Source: Thiothrix sp. (GTDB lineage Bacteria > Pseudomonadota > Gammaproteobacteria > Thiotrichales > Thiotrichaceae). Taken from it: a DNA stretch of 64,000 nt. Location: contig NZ_JAQTLS010000016.1 in assembly GCF_028714775.1 (NCBI RefSeq), positions 5,149 through 69,148 on the forward strand. The letters are read 5' to 3'. A program made the position numbers and the translations under genes. The stretch's first letter is position 1. Each line of letters opens with the position of its first letter. The notes below the pieces were generated by a model that worked only from the letters and a program-made list of their open reading frames with translations, made no database searches and was not told the DNA's origin. Positions 30,972 to 42,858 of this stretch are shown here, one piece after another.

Positions 30972-32748
30972 CTGCCTTGTTCCAAATCAGTGTAATGGTT
31001 GTTCCGTGGTCAGGTTGCGCCTCGATTTCCAGTGATGCGCCAATGTTTGCGGCTCGCTCCCGCATAATATCCAGACCTAAATGCCCCGCCAGCACCCGGT
31101 TTGTATGAAAACCGCAGCCGTCGTCGCTGATGGTGAGTATAGCTTGCGTCGGCATTCCTTCAAAATACAGACTGACCTGCGTTGCCTTGGCGTGTTTGCT
31201 GATGTTATTGAGACTTTCCTGGGCAATGCGGTAAAACGTGGTTTGCACCTCTGGGGGCAAAATGCAGTCCTGCTCAATCTCCAACTTGACCGCCAACGGG
31301 GTATGTACGCCGACGCAGGTGCTTAACTGGCGCACCAGTTCACCAAACGGCTTGTCAATCAGGGCAGATGGGCGCAGTTCCAATAATAAAATACGCATCT
31401 CCACCAAGGCATTCTGGTTAAGCTGGCGCAGTTCATCCAGCACTTGCTGCCCTTGTTGCGAGTTGCGTTGCCAGACCAGCGGCAAGGTTTCCGCCATCAA
31501 ACTGGCAGAAAACAAGGTTTGGCTCACGGCATCGTGCAACTCACGTGACAGGCGGTTGCGTTCCTCCAGACGGGCATTTTCAGCGGCGTAACTTGCCACT
31601 TCAGCGGTACGTTCCGCTACCCGCTCTTCCAGATGCAACACCAGATTGTGCTGTACTGCCGCCATTTCGTTGAAAGATTGGGTCAGAAAACCAATTTCAT
31701 CGCGGTATGACACCTTAATTGCGGTGGTGAGGTCACCCGCCTGAATGTCCCGCACACCACGGATCATGGCTTGCAGGGGGCGATTCAAGCTGACATGGAA
31801 GAAGCGCGGAAAAATGAGCAGAATCGCAAGGGTAGAAACAAGGATGAAAACCGCTATCGGCTGATAAATACGATTCGGATCAGCATCCGTGTAAACCGAA
31901 CTCATGATCCACGAAATGCCCGACAGGATCGACAGCACCACCGCCAAGGTGATCCCCACCAGCTTGAATTGGAATGAAGAATATTCCGGGGTATGGTTAA
32001 TGTATACCAGCGTAAAAGCGACGTAGGTGAGCAAGGTCAGCCAGCAGTTCATCAACTCGGCTAGGCTCCAGTCGATCCAACCAAAACCACGCACGATCAG
32101 CACAATCCCGATAGCAGCGGGCAGCACGGTCACATAGAAAAATGCCCGCAGCGCAGCCGCCTGCTTTTCCAGCCTAATGGAAGGGATGAGTAACGCCTGA
32201 AGCGCCAGCCACACAGCGTTGTATCGACGGCTATGCTGTTCCTGAGCCAGCGCATCCACCAGTCGAAACAACAAGATGGCGTGTACGGCAAAAAAGCCCA
32301 AGGGAAAGGGAATGCTCAACCAATGATCTCTATATTCCACAATGCCTTGGCTCAGCAGCGCGATACGCTGAATAGCAACGAAACTTTCAACGCCAATAAT
32401 AAGGCAAATGCTCACCAGCATCGTGGCTTCGACCCACCATTTTGGGCTGGATTGGCGTTGAAAATAGAACGCAAACAGTAAAAAACCTGACATCGCCAAC
32501 GCGCCAAACACGCTAACAAACGGCAGTGCGAATTCCGCATAGTCGGGGTGAAGTGCAATACCGAGAAATTGCAGCAGCGTGCCGCAAGTTGCCGAGGCAA
32601 AGGTCAGCAATAAGAAAAACGCTATTTTAACATTGACTTGCGTTCGCAGCGCATTTGCCAAGCGCACTGCAAAATAGCCAGTCAACAGCGATACCATTAG
32701 CAATTCGATGAAAAAATTGATGGCGAGAGGAGTCCAGAACAGTTGCAC
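30961..32748 (-). CDS. Sensor histidine kinase (multi-TM sensor, HAMP, HisKA_3, HATPase)
   Basis: About 9 N-terminal TM helices, HAMP (RGVRDIQAGDLT), H-box LSRELHDAVSQTL and an ATPase domain (DDGCGF...GLDIMRERA). GTG start. Overlaps the response-regulator gene by 11 nt. Confidence 0.9.
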   Translation of the reverse strand: MQLFWTPLAINFFIELLMVSLLTGYFAVRLANALRTQVNVKIAFFLLLTFASATCGTLLQFLGIALHPDYAEFALPFVSVFGALAMSGFLLFAFYFQRQSSPKWWVEATMLVSICLIIGVESFVAIQRIALLSQGIVEYRDHWLSIPFPLGFFAVHAILLFRLVDALAQEQHSRRYNAVWLALQALLIPSIRLEKQAAALRAFFYVTVLPAAIGIVLIVRGFGWIDWSLAELMNCWLTLLTYVAFTLVYINHTPEYSSFQFKLVGITLAVVLSILSGISWIMSSVYTDADPNRIYQPIAVFILVSTLAILLIFPRFFHVSLNRPLQAMIRGVRDIQAGDLTTAIKVSYRDEIGFLTQSFNEMAAVQHNLVLHLEERVAERTAEVASYAAENARLEERNRLSRELHDAVSQTLFSASLMAETLPLVWQRNSQQGQQVLDELRQLNQNALVEMRILLLELRPSALIDKPFGELVRQLSTCVGVHTPLAVKLEIEQDCILPPEVQTTFYRIAQESLNNISKHAKATQVSLYFEGMPTQAILTISDDGCGFHTNRVLAGHLGLDIMRERAANIGASLEIEAQPDHGTTITLIWNKADAE

Positions 32749-32791
32749 TTCGGTTTACCGAGTTCAATGGTGATGACCGATGTTAGCGCAT

Positions 32792-32820
32792 AAAAAAAGC
32801 CCCGACCAGCGAGGCTTTTT
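32792..32820. terminator. Weak A/T-flanked hairpin between the kinase start region and the acnB end
   Basis: AAAAAAAGCC-ccgaccagcga-GGCTTTTTC. The GC core is only 3 bp and is extended by A:T pairs. Confidence 0.35.
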
Positions 32821-32832
32821 CTTTATCTTCCT

Positions 32833-32871
32833 CCCTTCACCCCTTGCGGGGGAAGGGTCGGGGATGGGGGG
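32833..32871. repeat. REP-like GC-rich extragenic palindrome just downstream of acnB
   Basis: CCCTTC-A-CCCC-ttgc-GGGG-GAAGGG hairpin followed by TCGGGGATGGGGGG. It resembles the widespread 'PLAGEG-encoding' extragenic palindromes. Confidence 0.45.
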
Positions 32872-32882
32872 AACTCTTTCTC

Positions 32883-35486
32883 TTACCCCGCCACTACCGG
32901 AATCGGCACAAGCTTCTGCGCCGCCTTCTGGTAATGCTCCATCTTATCGAAGTTCAGGTAACGGTAAATGTCACCTGACATGCTGTCGATCTTCTTCGCG
33001 TATTCCATGTACTCTTCAACCGTAGGCAGTTTACCCATGATTGCCGCCACAGAAGCCAGTTCCGCAGAAGCCAGGAACACATCCGCGCCAGTACCCAAAC
33101 GGTTCGGGAAGTTACGGGTAGAAGTAGACACAGCAGTGGAGTTTTCAGCGATACGCGCCTGATTCCCCATGCACAGTGAGCAACCCGGCATTTCCATACG
33201 CGCACCGGCACGACCGAAAATGTTGTAGTAACCTTCGTCACTCAACTGGGAAGCATCCATCTTCGTCGGTGGCGTGATCCACATGCGCGTTGGGATTTGC
33301 TTGCTGGTAGCATCCAACAACTTACCTGCGGCACGGAAGTGACCGATATTGGTCATGCAAGAACCGATGAAGACTTCATCAATCTTGCGGCCTGCAACTT
33401 CAGACAACAGACGTGCATCATCTGGGTCATTCGGTGCGCACAGGATAGGCTCTTTGATCTCATCCATGTTGATTTCGATCACAGCCGAGTATTCCGCATC
33501 AGCGTCAGCACGCATCAGGCTTGGGTTAGCCAACCATGCTTCCATGCCTTTGATACGGCGCTCGATAGTACGTGGATCGCCGTAACCTTCCACCAACATC
33601 CACTGCAACATCACGATGTTAGAACGCAGGTATTCAGCAACCGATGCTTCAGACAACGCAACCGTACAGCCAGCAGCAGAACGTTCAGCAGAAGCGTCAG
33701 ACAGTTCAAAGGCTTGTTCGACCGTCAGGTGATCCAGACCTTCGATTTCCAGCACAGTACCGTTGAAGACGTTCTTCTTACCTTTCTTTTCCACTGTCAG
33801 CAGACCCATTTGGATCGCTTTGTGTGGAATGGAATGCACGAGGTCACGCAGGGTGATACCCGGTTGCATTGTGCCCGTGAAACGTACCAGTACAGATTCC
33901 GGCATATCCAAAGGCATAACGCCCGTCGCCGCCGCAAACGCCACCAAACCAGAACCCGCCGGGAAGGAAATACCAATCGGGAAACGGGTATGCGAGTCAC
34001 CACCAGTACCAACGGTATCCGGCAACAACATGCGGTTCAACCATGAGTGGATTACACCATCGCCCGGACGCAGGGAAACACCGCCACGGGTCATGATGAA
34101 ATCAGGCAGCGTGTGGTGAGTGGTTACGTCAACTGGTTTAGGGTAAGCAGCGGTATGGCAGAAAGACTGCATAACCAAGTCAGCCGAGAAGCCCAAGCAA
34201 GCCAAGTCTTTCAGCTCGTCGCGGGTCATCGGGCCAGTGGTATCTTGTGAACCTACCGTGGTCATTTTCGGTTCGCAGTACATGCCGGGGCGTACACCCG
34301 TCATGCCACAAGCCTTACCGACCATTTTCTGTGCCAGTGTGAAGCCTTTACCCGTGTCAGCAGGTTGCTCAGGAGTGCGGAACAGGTCAACTGGCGGCAG
34401 ACCCAGTGATTCACGCGCTTTCGCGGTCAAACCACGCCCGATGATCAGGTTGATACGACCACCCGCACGGGCTTCGTCCAACAACACTTGGGTTTTCAGG
34501 CCGAAAGTGGAGATGACTTCATCCGTACCGTGACGCTTGGCAACGCCTTCATACGGATAAACGTCAACCACGTCGCCCATGTTCATTTGGGCAACATCCA
34601 TTTCGATTGGCAGTGAACCGGAATCTTCCATCGTATTGAAGAAGATTGGTGCAATTTTGCTACCGAAGCAGTAACCGCCCACACGCTTGTTAGGAATCCC
34701 CGGCATGTCATCGCCAAAGAACCACAGCACAGAGTTGGTTGCTGATTTACGTGAAGAACCTGTACCAACAACGTCACCAACGTAAGCAACCGGGAAACCT
34801 TTCGCTTTCATGGCTTCGATTTGCTTCAGCGGGCCTACGCTGCCTTGAACTTCTGGCTCGATACCGTCGCGTGCCATTTTCAGCATCGCGTTGGCATGGA
34901 GTGGGATGTCAGGGCGTGACCACGCATCTGGCGCAGGAGACAAGTCGTCAGTGTTGGTTTCACCGGGAACTTTGAAGACCGTAACGGTGATTTTCTCAGC
35001 CACTTCTGGCTTGGAAGTAAACCACTCGCCCGCTGCCCAAGAAGCCATAACTTGCTTCGCTGCTGCGTTGCCTGCTTTGGCTTTTTCTTCCACATCGTGG
35101 AACGCATCAAACATCAGCAAAGTATGTGACAAAGCAGTAGCGGCTGCCGCTGCGGTCACGTCGCTATCCAATGCAGCAATCAACGGTTGTACATTGTAGC
35201 CACCCAGCATCATGCCCAGCACTTCGACAGCGCGGACTTGGCTCACTAGACCACAGCTCACGTCACCTTTAGCAACCGCAGCGAGGAAACCGGCTTTCAC
35301 ATAAGCGGCTTCGTCCACACCAGCGGGAACGCGGTTTTCCAACAGGTCAACCAGAAACGCTTCTTCACCCGCCGGAGGATTTTTCAGCAATTCAACCAGT
35401 GCAGCCGTTTGTGCAGCATCCAATGGCTTGGGTGGGACGCCTTGGGCGGCGCGTTCTTCAACGTGTTTGCGGTACGCTTCCAACAT
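32883..35486 (-). CDS. acnB: Aconitate hydratase B (bifunctional aconitase 2 / 2-methylisocitrate dehydratase)
   Basis: 867 aa. [23 protein letters not shown]-terminal HEAT-like domain. Fe-S ligand regions ([18 protein letters not shown]). Confidence 0.95.
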   Translation of the reverse strand: MLEAYRKHVEERAAQGVPPKPLDAAQTAALVELLKNPPAGEEAFLVDLLENRVPAGVDEAAYVKAGFLAAVAKGDVSCGLVSQVRAVEVLGMMLGGYNVQPLIAALDSDVTAAAAATALSHTLLMFDAFHDVEEKAKAGNAAAKQVMASWAAGEWFTSKPEVAEKITVTVFKVPGETNTDDLSPAPDAWSRPDIPLHANAMLKMARDGIEPEVQGSVGPLKQIEAMKAKGFPVAYVGDVVGTGSSRKSATNSVLWFFGDDMPGIPNKRVGGYCFGSKIAPIFFNTMEDSGSLPIEMDVAQMNMGDVVDVYPYEGVAKRHGTDEVISTFGLKTQVLLDEARAGGRINLIIGRGLTAKARESLGLPPVDLFRTPEQPADTGKGFTLAQKMVGKACGMTGVRPGMYCEPKMTTVGSQDTTGPMTRDELKDLACLGFSADLVMQSFCHTAAYPKPVDVTTHHTLPDFIMTRGGVSLRPGDGVIHSWLNRMLLPDTVGTGGDSHTRFPIGISFPAGSGLVAFAAATGVMPLDMPESVLVRFTGTMQPGITLRDLVHSIPHKAIQMGLLTVEKKGKKNVFNGTVLEIEGLDHLTVEQAFELSDASAERSAAGCTVALSEASVAEYLRSNIVMLQWMLVEGYGDPRTIERRIKGMEAWLANPSLMRADADAEYSAVIEINMDEIKEPILCAPNDPDDARLLSEVAGRKIDEVFIGSCMTNIGHFRAAGKLLDATSKQIPTRMWITPPTKMDASQLSDEGYYNIFGRAGARMEMPGCSLCMGNQARIAENSTAVSTSTRNFPNRLGTGADVFLASAELASVAAIMGKLPTVEEYMEYAKKIDSMSGDIYRYLNFDKMEHYQKAAQKLVPIPVVAG

Positions 35487-35512
35487 TCAAATGATCTCCT
35501 CAAAACAAAATC

Positions 35513-36817
35513 TTAACGCTTTTCTACCGGCACATAATCGCGTGCTGCTGACCCCATGTACAACTGACGCGGGCGACCGATGCGGGATGATTCATCACCC
35601 ATCATTTCATCCCATTGCGAAATCCAGCCGATGGTACGTGCCAGCGCGAACATAACCGTAAACATACTGACCGGAATCCCCATGCTCAGGAAGATGACGC
35701 CGGAGTAGAAGTCCACGTTAGGATACAGGTTACGCGCTTTGAAATATTCATCATTCAACGCCACCTGTTCCAGTTCGCGGGCAATCGCAAACAACTTCTG
35801 GTTCGGGTCATTAGCAGGCAAGCGATCCAGAATCTCATTCGCCAGCTTGCGGATGATCTTAGCGCGTGGGTCGTAATTTTTATACACACGATGCCCAAAG
35901 CCCATCAAACGGAAACGGTCATTCTTGTCTTTGGCACGGTCAACCCAATGCGACAATGGCAGGCCAGACTTTTCGATTTCACGCAGCATGGTAATCACAG
36001 CTTCGTTTGCCCCACCGTGTGCAGGCCCCCACAGGGATGCAATCCCCGCTGCCACCGCTGCAAACGGGTTAGCTTCGGATGAACCCGCCAAACGCACTGT
36101 TGATGTAGACGCATTCTGTTCATGGTCAGCGTGCAGGATCAGGATGACTTCCAACGCCTTGGCATGGAGCGGGTCAATCTGGTAAGGCTCAGTCGGTACG
36201 GAGAACATCAAATGCAGGAAATCTTCCGCATACGACAAGTCATTGCGTGGGTACACAAACGGTAAGCCCACGGAATAACGGTAGCTCCACGCCGCGATGG
36301 TCGGCATTTTCGCAATCAAACGGTGCGCAGAACGTTGGCGCTGTTCCGGGTCGTGGATATTCATGTCATCGTGGTAGAACGCCGACAGCGCCCCAACCAC
36401 CCCGACCATGGTTGCCATCGGGTGCGCGTCACGGCGGAAACCCCGGTAGAAATACTGCACTTGGTCATGCAGCATGGTATGGCGGGTAATCATGTACTCG
36501 AAGTCAGCCATTTCCTTAGCAGTTGGCAGCGTCTTGTTCAACAGCAAGTAACATACTTCGAGGAAACTGCTGTGTTCCGCCAATTGTTCAATGGGATAAC
36601 CCCGGTAGAGCAGCGTCCCTGCATCCCCATCCAGATAGGTAATTTCGCTGGAGCAACTGGCAGTTGACATAAAGCCGGGGTCATAGGTGAAATAACCCAA
36701 TTCCTTGTACAGCTTGCGGATGTCGATCGTCTTTGCCCCGACGGTCGGTTCCAAGACATCCAGTTCAACCTGCTTACCCGTTGCATTATCAGTAATGGTT
36801 ACAGTCTGTTTGGTCAT
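35513..36817 (-). CDS. gltA: Citrate synthase (type II)
   Basis: 434 aa with [13 protein letters not shown] and the [15 protein letters not shown] signatures. Confidence 0.95.
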   Translation of the reverse strand: MTKQTVTITDNATGKQVELDVLEPTVGAKTIDIRKLYKELGYFTYDPGFMSTASCSSEITYLDGDAGTLLYRGYPIEQLAEHSSFLEVCYLLLNKTLPTAKEMADFEYMITRHTMLHDQVQYFYRGFRRDAHPMATMVGVVGALSAFYHDDMNIHDPEQRQRSAHRLIAKMPTIAAWSYRYSVGLPFVYPRNDLSYAEDFLHLMFSVPTEPYQIDPLHAKALEVILILHADHEQNASTSTVRLAGSSEANPFAAVAAGIASLWGPAHGGANEAVITMLREIEKSGLPLSHWVDRAKDKNDRFRLMGFGHRVYKNYDPRAKIIRKLANEILDRLPANDPNQKLFAIARELEQVALNDEYFKARNLYPNVDFYSGVIFLSMGIPVSMFTVMFALARTIGWISQWDEMMGDESSRIGRPRQLYMGSAARDYVPVEKR

Positions 36818-36853
36818 GTTTCAATCCACTCTTACGGAAAGTCAATAAATCAA

Positions 36854-37726
36854 TCAGGCGAGTTTGGCAAACGCAGCAGCAACACCTTGCCCCAATTCGG
36901 CTGGAGAACGCACGGTGATGACACCCGCTGCTTCTAATGCCGCAAACTTTTCATCTGCCGTGCCTTTACCACCTGCAATAATCGCACCAGCATGACCCAT
37001 GCGCTTACCTTTCGGTGCAGTGACGCCTGCAATGTAGGAAACCACCGGCTTGCTGACATGACTTTTGATGAATTCAGCCGCTTCTTCTTCCGCAGAACCG
37101 CCGATTTCACCACACATCAGGATCACTTCGGTTTGCGGGTCAGCTTGGAACAACGTCAGCGCGTCAATGAAATTTGTGCCCGGAATTGGGTCGCCGCCGA
37201 TACCGATACAGGTACTTTGGCCCCATTCCCACGTTTGCTTGACCGCTTCATAGGTCAACGTGCCAGAGCGGGAAATGATCCCCACTTTGCCCGCACGGTG
37301 GATATGACCCGGCATGATACCGATTTTGCACTCACCGGGGGTAATAATACCGGGGCAGTTAGGCCCAATCAGGCGCACGCCGAGGCTATCAACCACCATT
37401 TTCGCTTCCAGCATGTCCATGACGGGAATGCCTTCGGTGATGCACACAATCAGCTTGATGCCGGATTCTGCCGCTTCAATGATGGAATCTTTGCAGAAAG
37501 GCGCTGGCACGTAAATCACGCTAGCATCTGCACCCGTTTGCGCCACAGCGTCACGCACGGTGTTGAATACGGGCAAACCCAAGTGCTCGGAACCGCCTTT
37601 GCCCGGCGTGATACCGCCGACCATTTTCGTGCCGTAAGCAATCGCCTGTTCGGAATGGAACGTGCCTTGCTTGCCGGTGAAGCCTTGGCAGATGACTTTA
37701 GTGTCTTTGTTAATCAATACACTCAT
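36854..37726 (-). CDS. sucD: Succinyl-CoA ligase subunit alpha
   Basis: [24 protein letters not shown], with the phosphohistidine loop SRSGTLTYE and GHAGAII. Confidence 0.95.
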   Translation of the reverse strand: MSVLINKDTKVICQGFTGKQGTFHSEQAIAYGTKMVGGITPGKGGSEHLGLPVFNTVRDAVAQTGADASVIYVPAPFCKDSIIEAAESGIKLIVCITEGIPVMDMLEAKMVVDSLGVRLIGPNCPGIITPGECKIGIMPGHIHRAGKVGIISRSGTLTYEAVKQTWEWGQSTCIGIGGDPIPGTNFIDALTLFQADPQTEVILMCGEIGGSAEEEAAEFIKSHVSKPVVSYIAGVTAPKGKRMGHAGAIIAGGKGTADEKFAALEAAGVITVRSPAELGQGVAAAFAKLA

Positions 37727-38892
37727 GCGGCTTCTCCTACAGCACTGACGATTTTAAGGGCAGCATCACCAAGGTCACTGGCGGCGATAACAGCCAAACC
37801 ACTGTTGTTTAACAGTTCAACGCCTTTCTCGGCATTGTTACCTTCCAAACGCACCACCACAGGGACAGCCACATTTACTTCCTGTACCGCTTTGATAATG
37901 CCTTCCGCAATCAGGTCGCAGCGCACAATGCCGCCGAAGATATTGACCAGAATGCCTTTGACATTGGTATCGGAGAGGATGATTTTGAATGCCGCCGCGA
38001 CGCGCTCAGCAGTGGCAGTGCCACCTACGTCGAGGAAGTTGGCAGGTTGCCCACCGGACAGCTTGATGATGTCCATCGTTGCCATTGCCAAGCCTGCGCC
38101 GTTGACCATGCAGCCGATGTTGCCTTCGAGGGAAACGTAGTTCAAATCCCATTCGGACGCTTCGATTTCGCGGGCATCTTCCTGTGACTTGTCACGCATC
38201 GCCACCAATTCAGGCTGGCGGTACAGGGCATTGCTGTCCACATTGATTTTACCGTCGAGGCATAACAGTTTGCCTTCAGCGGTGACGACTAGCGGGTTTA
38301 TTTCAACCAGCGACAAGTCTTTTTCCACGAACATCTTGCCGAAGCCAGTCAGCAGCTTGGTGAACTGCTTGATTTGGTCTGCGTTCAAACCCAAGCCGAA
38401 ACCGAGTTCACGCGCTTGGTAAGGCATAACACCGACCAGCGGGTTGATGGTGGCTTTGAGGATTTTTTCCGGGGTTTCGTGGGCAACCTTTTCGATTTCC
38501 ATACCGCCTTCGGTGGAAGCCATGATCACCACACGGCGGGAAGAGCGGTCTACCACTGCGCCGAGGTACAATTCACGGGCGATGTTGCAGGTTTCTTCCA
38601 CCAAAATGGTGTTGACGGGCTGACCGTGTTTGTCGGTCTGGTAAGTGACCAGATTTTTACCCAACAGGCTCGCTGCCACTTCGGCTGCCGCAGCCGGAGA
38701 ATCAACCAGCTTGACACCACCGGCCTTGCCACGCCCACCGGCATGGACTTGCGCCTTGACCACCACTTTAGGGGTAGCAAGGGAAGCTGCCGCACTGGCT
38801 GCTTCTTCCGCCGTGGTTGCCACCTTACTGTTGGGGACTGGCAAACCGTACTGGCTGAATACGGCCTTGGCTTGATATTCGTGTAGATTCAT
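37723..38892 (-). CDS. sucC: Succinyl-CoA ligase subunit beta
   Basis: [20 protein letters not shown] and an ATP-grasp domain. ATGA overlap with sucD. Confidence 0.95.
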   Translation of the reverse strand: MNLHEYQAKAVFSQYGLPVPNSKVATTAEEAASAAASLATPKVVVKAQVHAGGRGKAGGVKLVDSPAAAAEVAASLLGKNLVTYQTDKHGQPVNTILVEETCNIARELYLGAVVDRSSRRVVIMASTEGGMEIEKVAHETPEKILKATINPLVGVMPYQARELGFGLGLNADQIKQFTKLLTGFGKMFVEKDLSLVEINPLVVTAEGKLLCLDGKINVDSNALYRQPELVAMRDKSQEDAREIEASEWDLNYVSLEGNIGCMVNGAGLAMATMDIIKLSGGQPANFLDVGGTATAERVAAAFKIILSDTNVKGILVNIFGGIVRCDLIAEGIIKAVQEVNVAVPVVVRLEGNNAEKGVELLNNSGLAVIAASDLGDAALKIVSAVGEAA

Positions 38893-38904
38893 CCTGCGTT
38901 CCTT

Positions 38905-40347
<1,443 letters not shown>

Positions 40348-40352
40348 TTACC

Positions 40353-41603
40353 TCACACATCCAGAACCAAGCGAACTGGGTTTTCGACCAATTCCTTGAT
40401 GGTTTTAAGGAAAGTAACCGCACCTTGACCATCGACAATACGGTGGTCGTAAGACAGCGCCACATACATCATGGGGCGGATGACGATCTGATCATTAACA
40501 ACGACAGGGCGCTTCTGGATCGAGTGCATCCCCAGGATCGCGCTTTGAGGAGGGTTTAGAATTGGGGTTGATAGCAACGACCCAAAAACGCCCCCGTTGG
40601 TTATAGTGAACGTGCCACCAGACAAGTCATTCATATCCAGCTTACCTTCACGGGCTTTGGCAGCGTAACCGGCGATACCGGATTCGATGTCAGCAAGACC
40701 CATATTTTCAGTATTACGCAGGATCGGAACGACGAGTCCGCGATCAGATGAAACGGCAATACCGATGTCGCAGTAGCCGTGGTAAACAACATCATTGCCA
40801 TCAATTGAGGCATTGATTTCAGGGAAACGTTGCAGCGCAACAGCGGCTGCTTTGACGAACAGGGACATCAAGCCCAGTTTCGCTTTGTGTTTTTTCTCGA
40901 ATGCGTCTTTGTATTCGCTGCGCATATCCATCAACGGCTTCATGTCGACTTCGTTGAAAGTGGTCAGCATGGCGGTAGATTGCTTGGCGTACATCAGGCG
41001 TTCGGCAATGCGGGCGCGGAGGCGGGTCATCGGGACGCGCTGTTCCATGCGGGAGCCGGAAGCGGTAACAGTAACGGTTGGTGCAGGTGCTGCGACAGGT
41101 GCTGGTGCAGCAGCCGGTTGCGGTGCGGTGGCAGGTTGCGGTGCGGTGGCAGGTTGCGGTGCGGTGGCAGGTTTGGCGGCAACAGCAGCTTGAACGTCTT
41201 CTTTCAGGATGCGGCCTTGTTTGCCGGAACCCTCCACGTCGCTGGCTGACAGTTCATTTTCTGCCATCAACTTGCGTACTGCTGGAGCGGTTTGGGCGTC
41301 TGTACTGGCTGCGGCGGCAGGGGCTTCAACAGCAGCGGCTTGCGGCGCAGGGGCGGCGGCAACAGCGCCAGCCGTGAGGCGACCCAGCAATTGGCTACTG
41401 ATGACGGTTGCACCAGCCACTTCGATAATTTCGGTCAGGACACCATCCATCGGTGCGGGAACTTCCAGAACAACCTTGTCGGTTTCAATTTCAACCAACA
41501 CTTCGTCTTGCTTGACCGCATCGCCAACTTTCTTGCTCCATGCGACTACGGTAGCATCGGCAACGGACTCCGGCAGTACGGGGGTCAGAATCTCACTACT
41601 CAT
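40353..41603 (-). CDS. sucB: Dihydrolipoyllysine-residue succinyltransferase (E2 of 2-oxoglutarate dehydrogenase)
   Basis: The start is trimmed to [22 protein letters not shown] (lipoyl domain, ETDKVVLEV). Ala/Pro linker and catalytic SYDHRIVDG. Confidence 0.95.
   Translation of the reverse strand: MSSEILTPVLPESVADATVVAWSKKVGDAVKQDEVLVEIETDKVVLEVPAPMDGVLTEIIEVAGATVISSQLLGRLTAGAVAAAPAPQAAAVEAPAAAASTDAQTAPAVRKLMAENELSASDVEGSGKQGRILKEDVQAAVAAKPATAPQPATAPQPATAPQPAAAPAPVAAPAPTVTVTASGSRMEQRVPMTRLRARIAERLMYAKQSTAMLTTFNEVDMKPLMDMRSEYKDAFEKKHKAKLGLMSLFVKAAAVALQRFPEINASIDGNDVVYHGYCDIGIAVSSDRGLVVPILRNTENMGLADIESGIAGYAAKAREGKLDMNDLSGGTFTITNGGVFGSLLSTPILNPPQSAILGMHSIQKRPVVVNDQIVIRPMMYVALSYDHRIVDGQGAVTFLKTIKELVENPVRLVLDV
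41115..41168. repeat. Perfect 3 x 18-bp tandem repeat inside the sucB linker
   Basis: GGTTGCGGTGCGGTGGCA occurs three times on the plus strand, encoding (PATAPQ)x3 on the minus strand. Confidence 0.9.
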
Positions 41604-41670
41604 TGTATACACATCCTCGATTGTATTATTTGAAACCGCGCCAAGGCGCTTTAGATTTTTGGTTTTCTGG

Positions 41671-41684
41671 ATTGTCGACATTAT
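41671..41684. promoter_or_regulatory. TTGTCGACAT-type palindromic box (copy upstream of sucB)
   Basis: ATTGTCGACATTAT, with core TGTCGACA an 8-bp palindrome. It is 68 nt upstream of the sucB ATG. Confidence 0.5.
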
Positions 41685-41723
41685 ATGCCAGAATTCACGT
41701 AATTAAAACAGTTTGATGCCGTT

Positions 41724-41737
41724 ATTGTCGACATTAT
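41724..41737. promoter_or_regulatory. TTGTCGACAT-type palindromic box (second identical copy; overlaps the zapE stop)
   Basis: ATTGTCGACATTAT, identical over 14 nt to the copy 53 bp away. Confidence 0.5.
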
Positions 41738-42858
41738 ACGGCTTCTGCTAACCTCACCTGTTGATAGTCGTCGCCTTGCATTTCATTCAGGCGGCTCAGT
41801 GCACGCTGGAATTCAAAGTGCAACTTCTGCCCTTGATAGAGGTTTTCCAGCGAAATGGTGGTGGAAAAGATGAATTGCACCTGACGGTCATACAACTCGT
41901 CGATCAAGTTAAGGAAACGGCGGGCGGCAGCCTCATGGTCTTCCGTCAGGACATGCAGACCAGACAACACAATATAATCAAAACGCTCTGCCAGTTCTAT
42001 ATAGTCACGGGTTGAACGGGCGGTTTCGCACAAGGTTTTAAAATCAAACCAAACACTGTTGTCAGCGACCCGGTGGGTTGGCAGGATGCGCCCTTGCACT
42101 TCAATGTCCTGCCCAATGTGGATTTCACCAATAGCCAATTCAGCGAAACACTTTTCCAACTCGTGTTCCACCAAGATGGCATCGTCATCTTCCAAGAAAC
42201 TGTCACCGCTGATTTTCTTCAACATGCGGTAGTCGATGTGGTTATCCAACTCAACGACATGCGTGTGTTTCTTCAACAAAGCAATCGCGGGCAGGAAACG
42301 TTCACGCTGCAAACCGTTCAAGTATAGGTCGCCCGGTACGCGGTTGGAGGTTGTTACCAGCGTAATACCATTTTTGAACATGGCATCCAATACGCCGTGC
42401 AACATCATGGCATCGACAATATCCATCACATGGAATTCGTCAATGCACAGTAGACGTACATCTTGCGCCAGTTTTTCCGCCAGAGCTTCCAGCGGGTTGC
42501 GCAGCATTGACAGTTTCTTCAATTCTTCGTGGATGAAGAACATGAAGTGGTGGTAATGCATCCGCCGCTTTTCTGCCAGCGGAATGCGCGAATAGAACAT
42601 ATCCATCAACCACGTCTTACCGCGCCCGACGCCACCCCAAAGGTAAGCGCCGCACACGGGTTCGACCACGTTACGCCGATTGGAGAAGACCGAAAACAAA
42701 CCCCGCGCTGGCGCTTTTTCACGCGGCTTGAGCAATCCGTTCCAGACATCTTGCAAAACCTTGAGACCTTCCAGTTGGGCGGGATCCTGTTGGATCGAAC
42801 CCTCCTTGATGGCATCGTGATAATGCTTCAACAATGGCATAACGCTTCCTTCTTTCAT
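41734..42858 (-). CDS. zapE: ZapE/AFG1-family ATPase
   Basis: Walker A YLWGGVGRGKTWLMD, Walker B LLCIDEFHV, AFG1-like overall. The ATG at 42858 overlaps the sucA stop (ATGA). An alternative start is MPLLKHY at 42840, which has a GAAGGA ribosome-binding site. Confidence 0.85.
   Translation of the reverse strand: MKEGSVMPLLKHYHDAIKEGSIQQDPAQLEGLKVLQDVWNGLLKPREKAPARGLFSVFSNRRNVVEPVCGAYLWGGVGRGKTWLMDMFYSRIPLAEKRRMHYHHFMFFIHEELKKLSMLRNPLEALAEKLAQDVRLLCIDEFHVMDIVDAMMLHGVLDAMFKNGITLVTTSNRVPGDLYLNGLQRERFLPAIALLKKHTHVVELDNHIDYRMLKKISGDSFLEDDDAILVEHELEKCFAELAIGEIHIGQDIEVQGRILPTHRVADNSVWFDFKTLCETARSTRDYIELAERFDYIVLSGLHVLTEDHEAAARRFLNLIDELYDRQVQFIFSTTISLENLYQGQKLHFEFQRALSRLNEMQGDDYQQVRLAEAV

Noticed and set aside
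36992-38140. 382-aa plus-strand ORF. Similar long antisense ORFs occur at 33297-34046, 38929-39687, 43716-44714, 47368-48153, 48454-49227 and 62857-63621.
   Set aside because: All lie opposite highly conserved genes (sucD/sucC, acnB, lpdA, sucA, sdhA, the PhoD-like gene) and have low-complexity, Arg-rich translations with no recognisable motifs.
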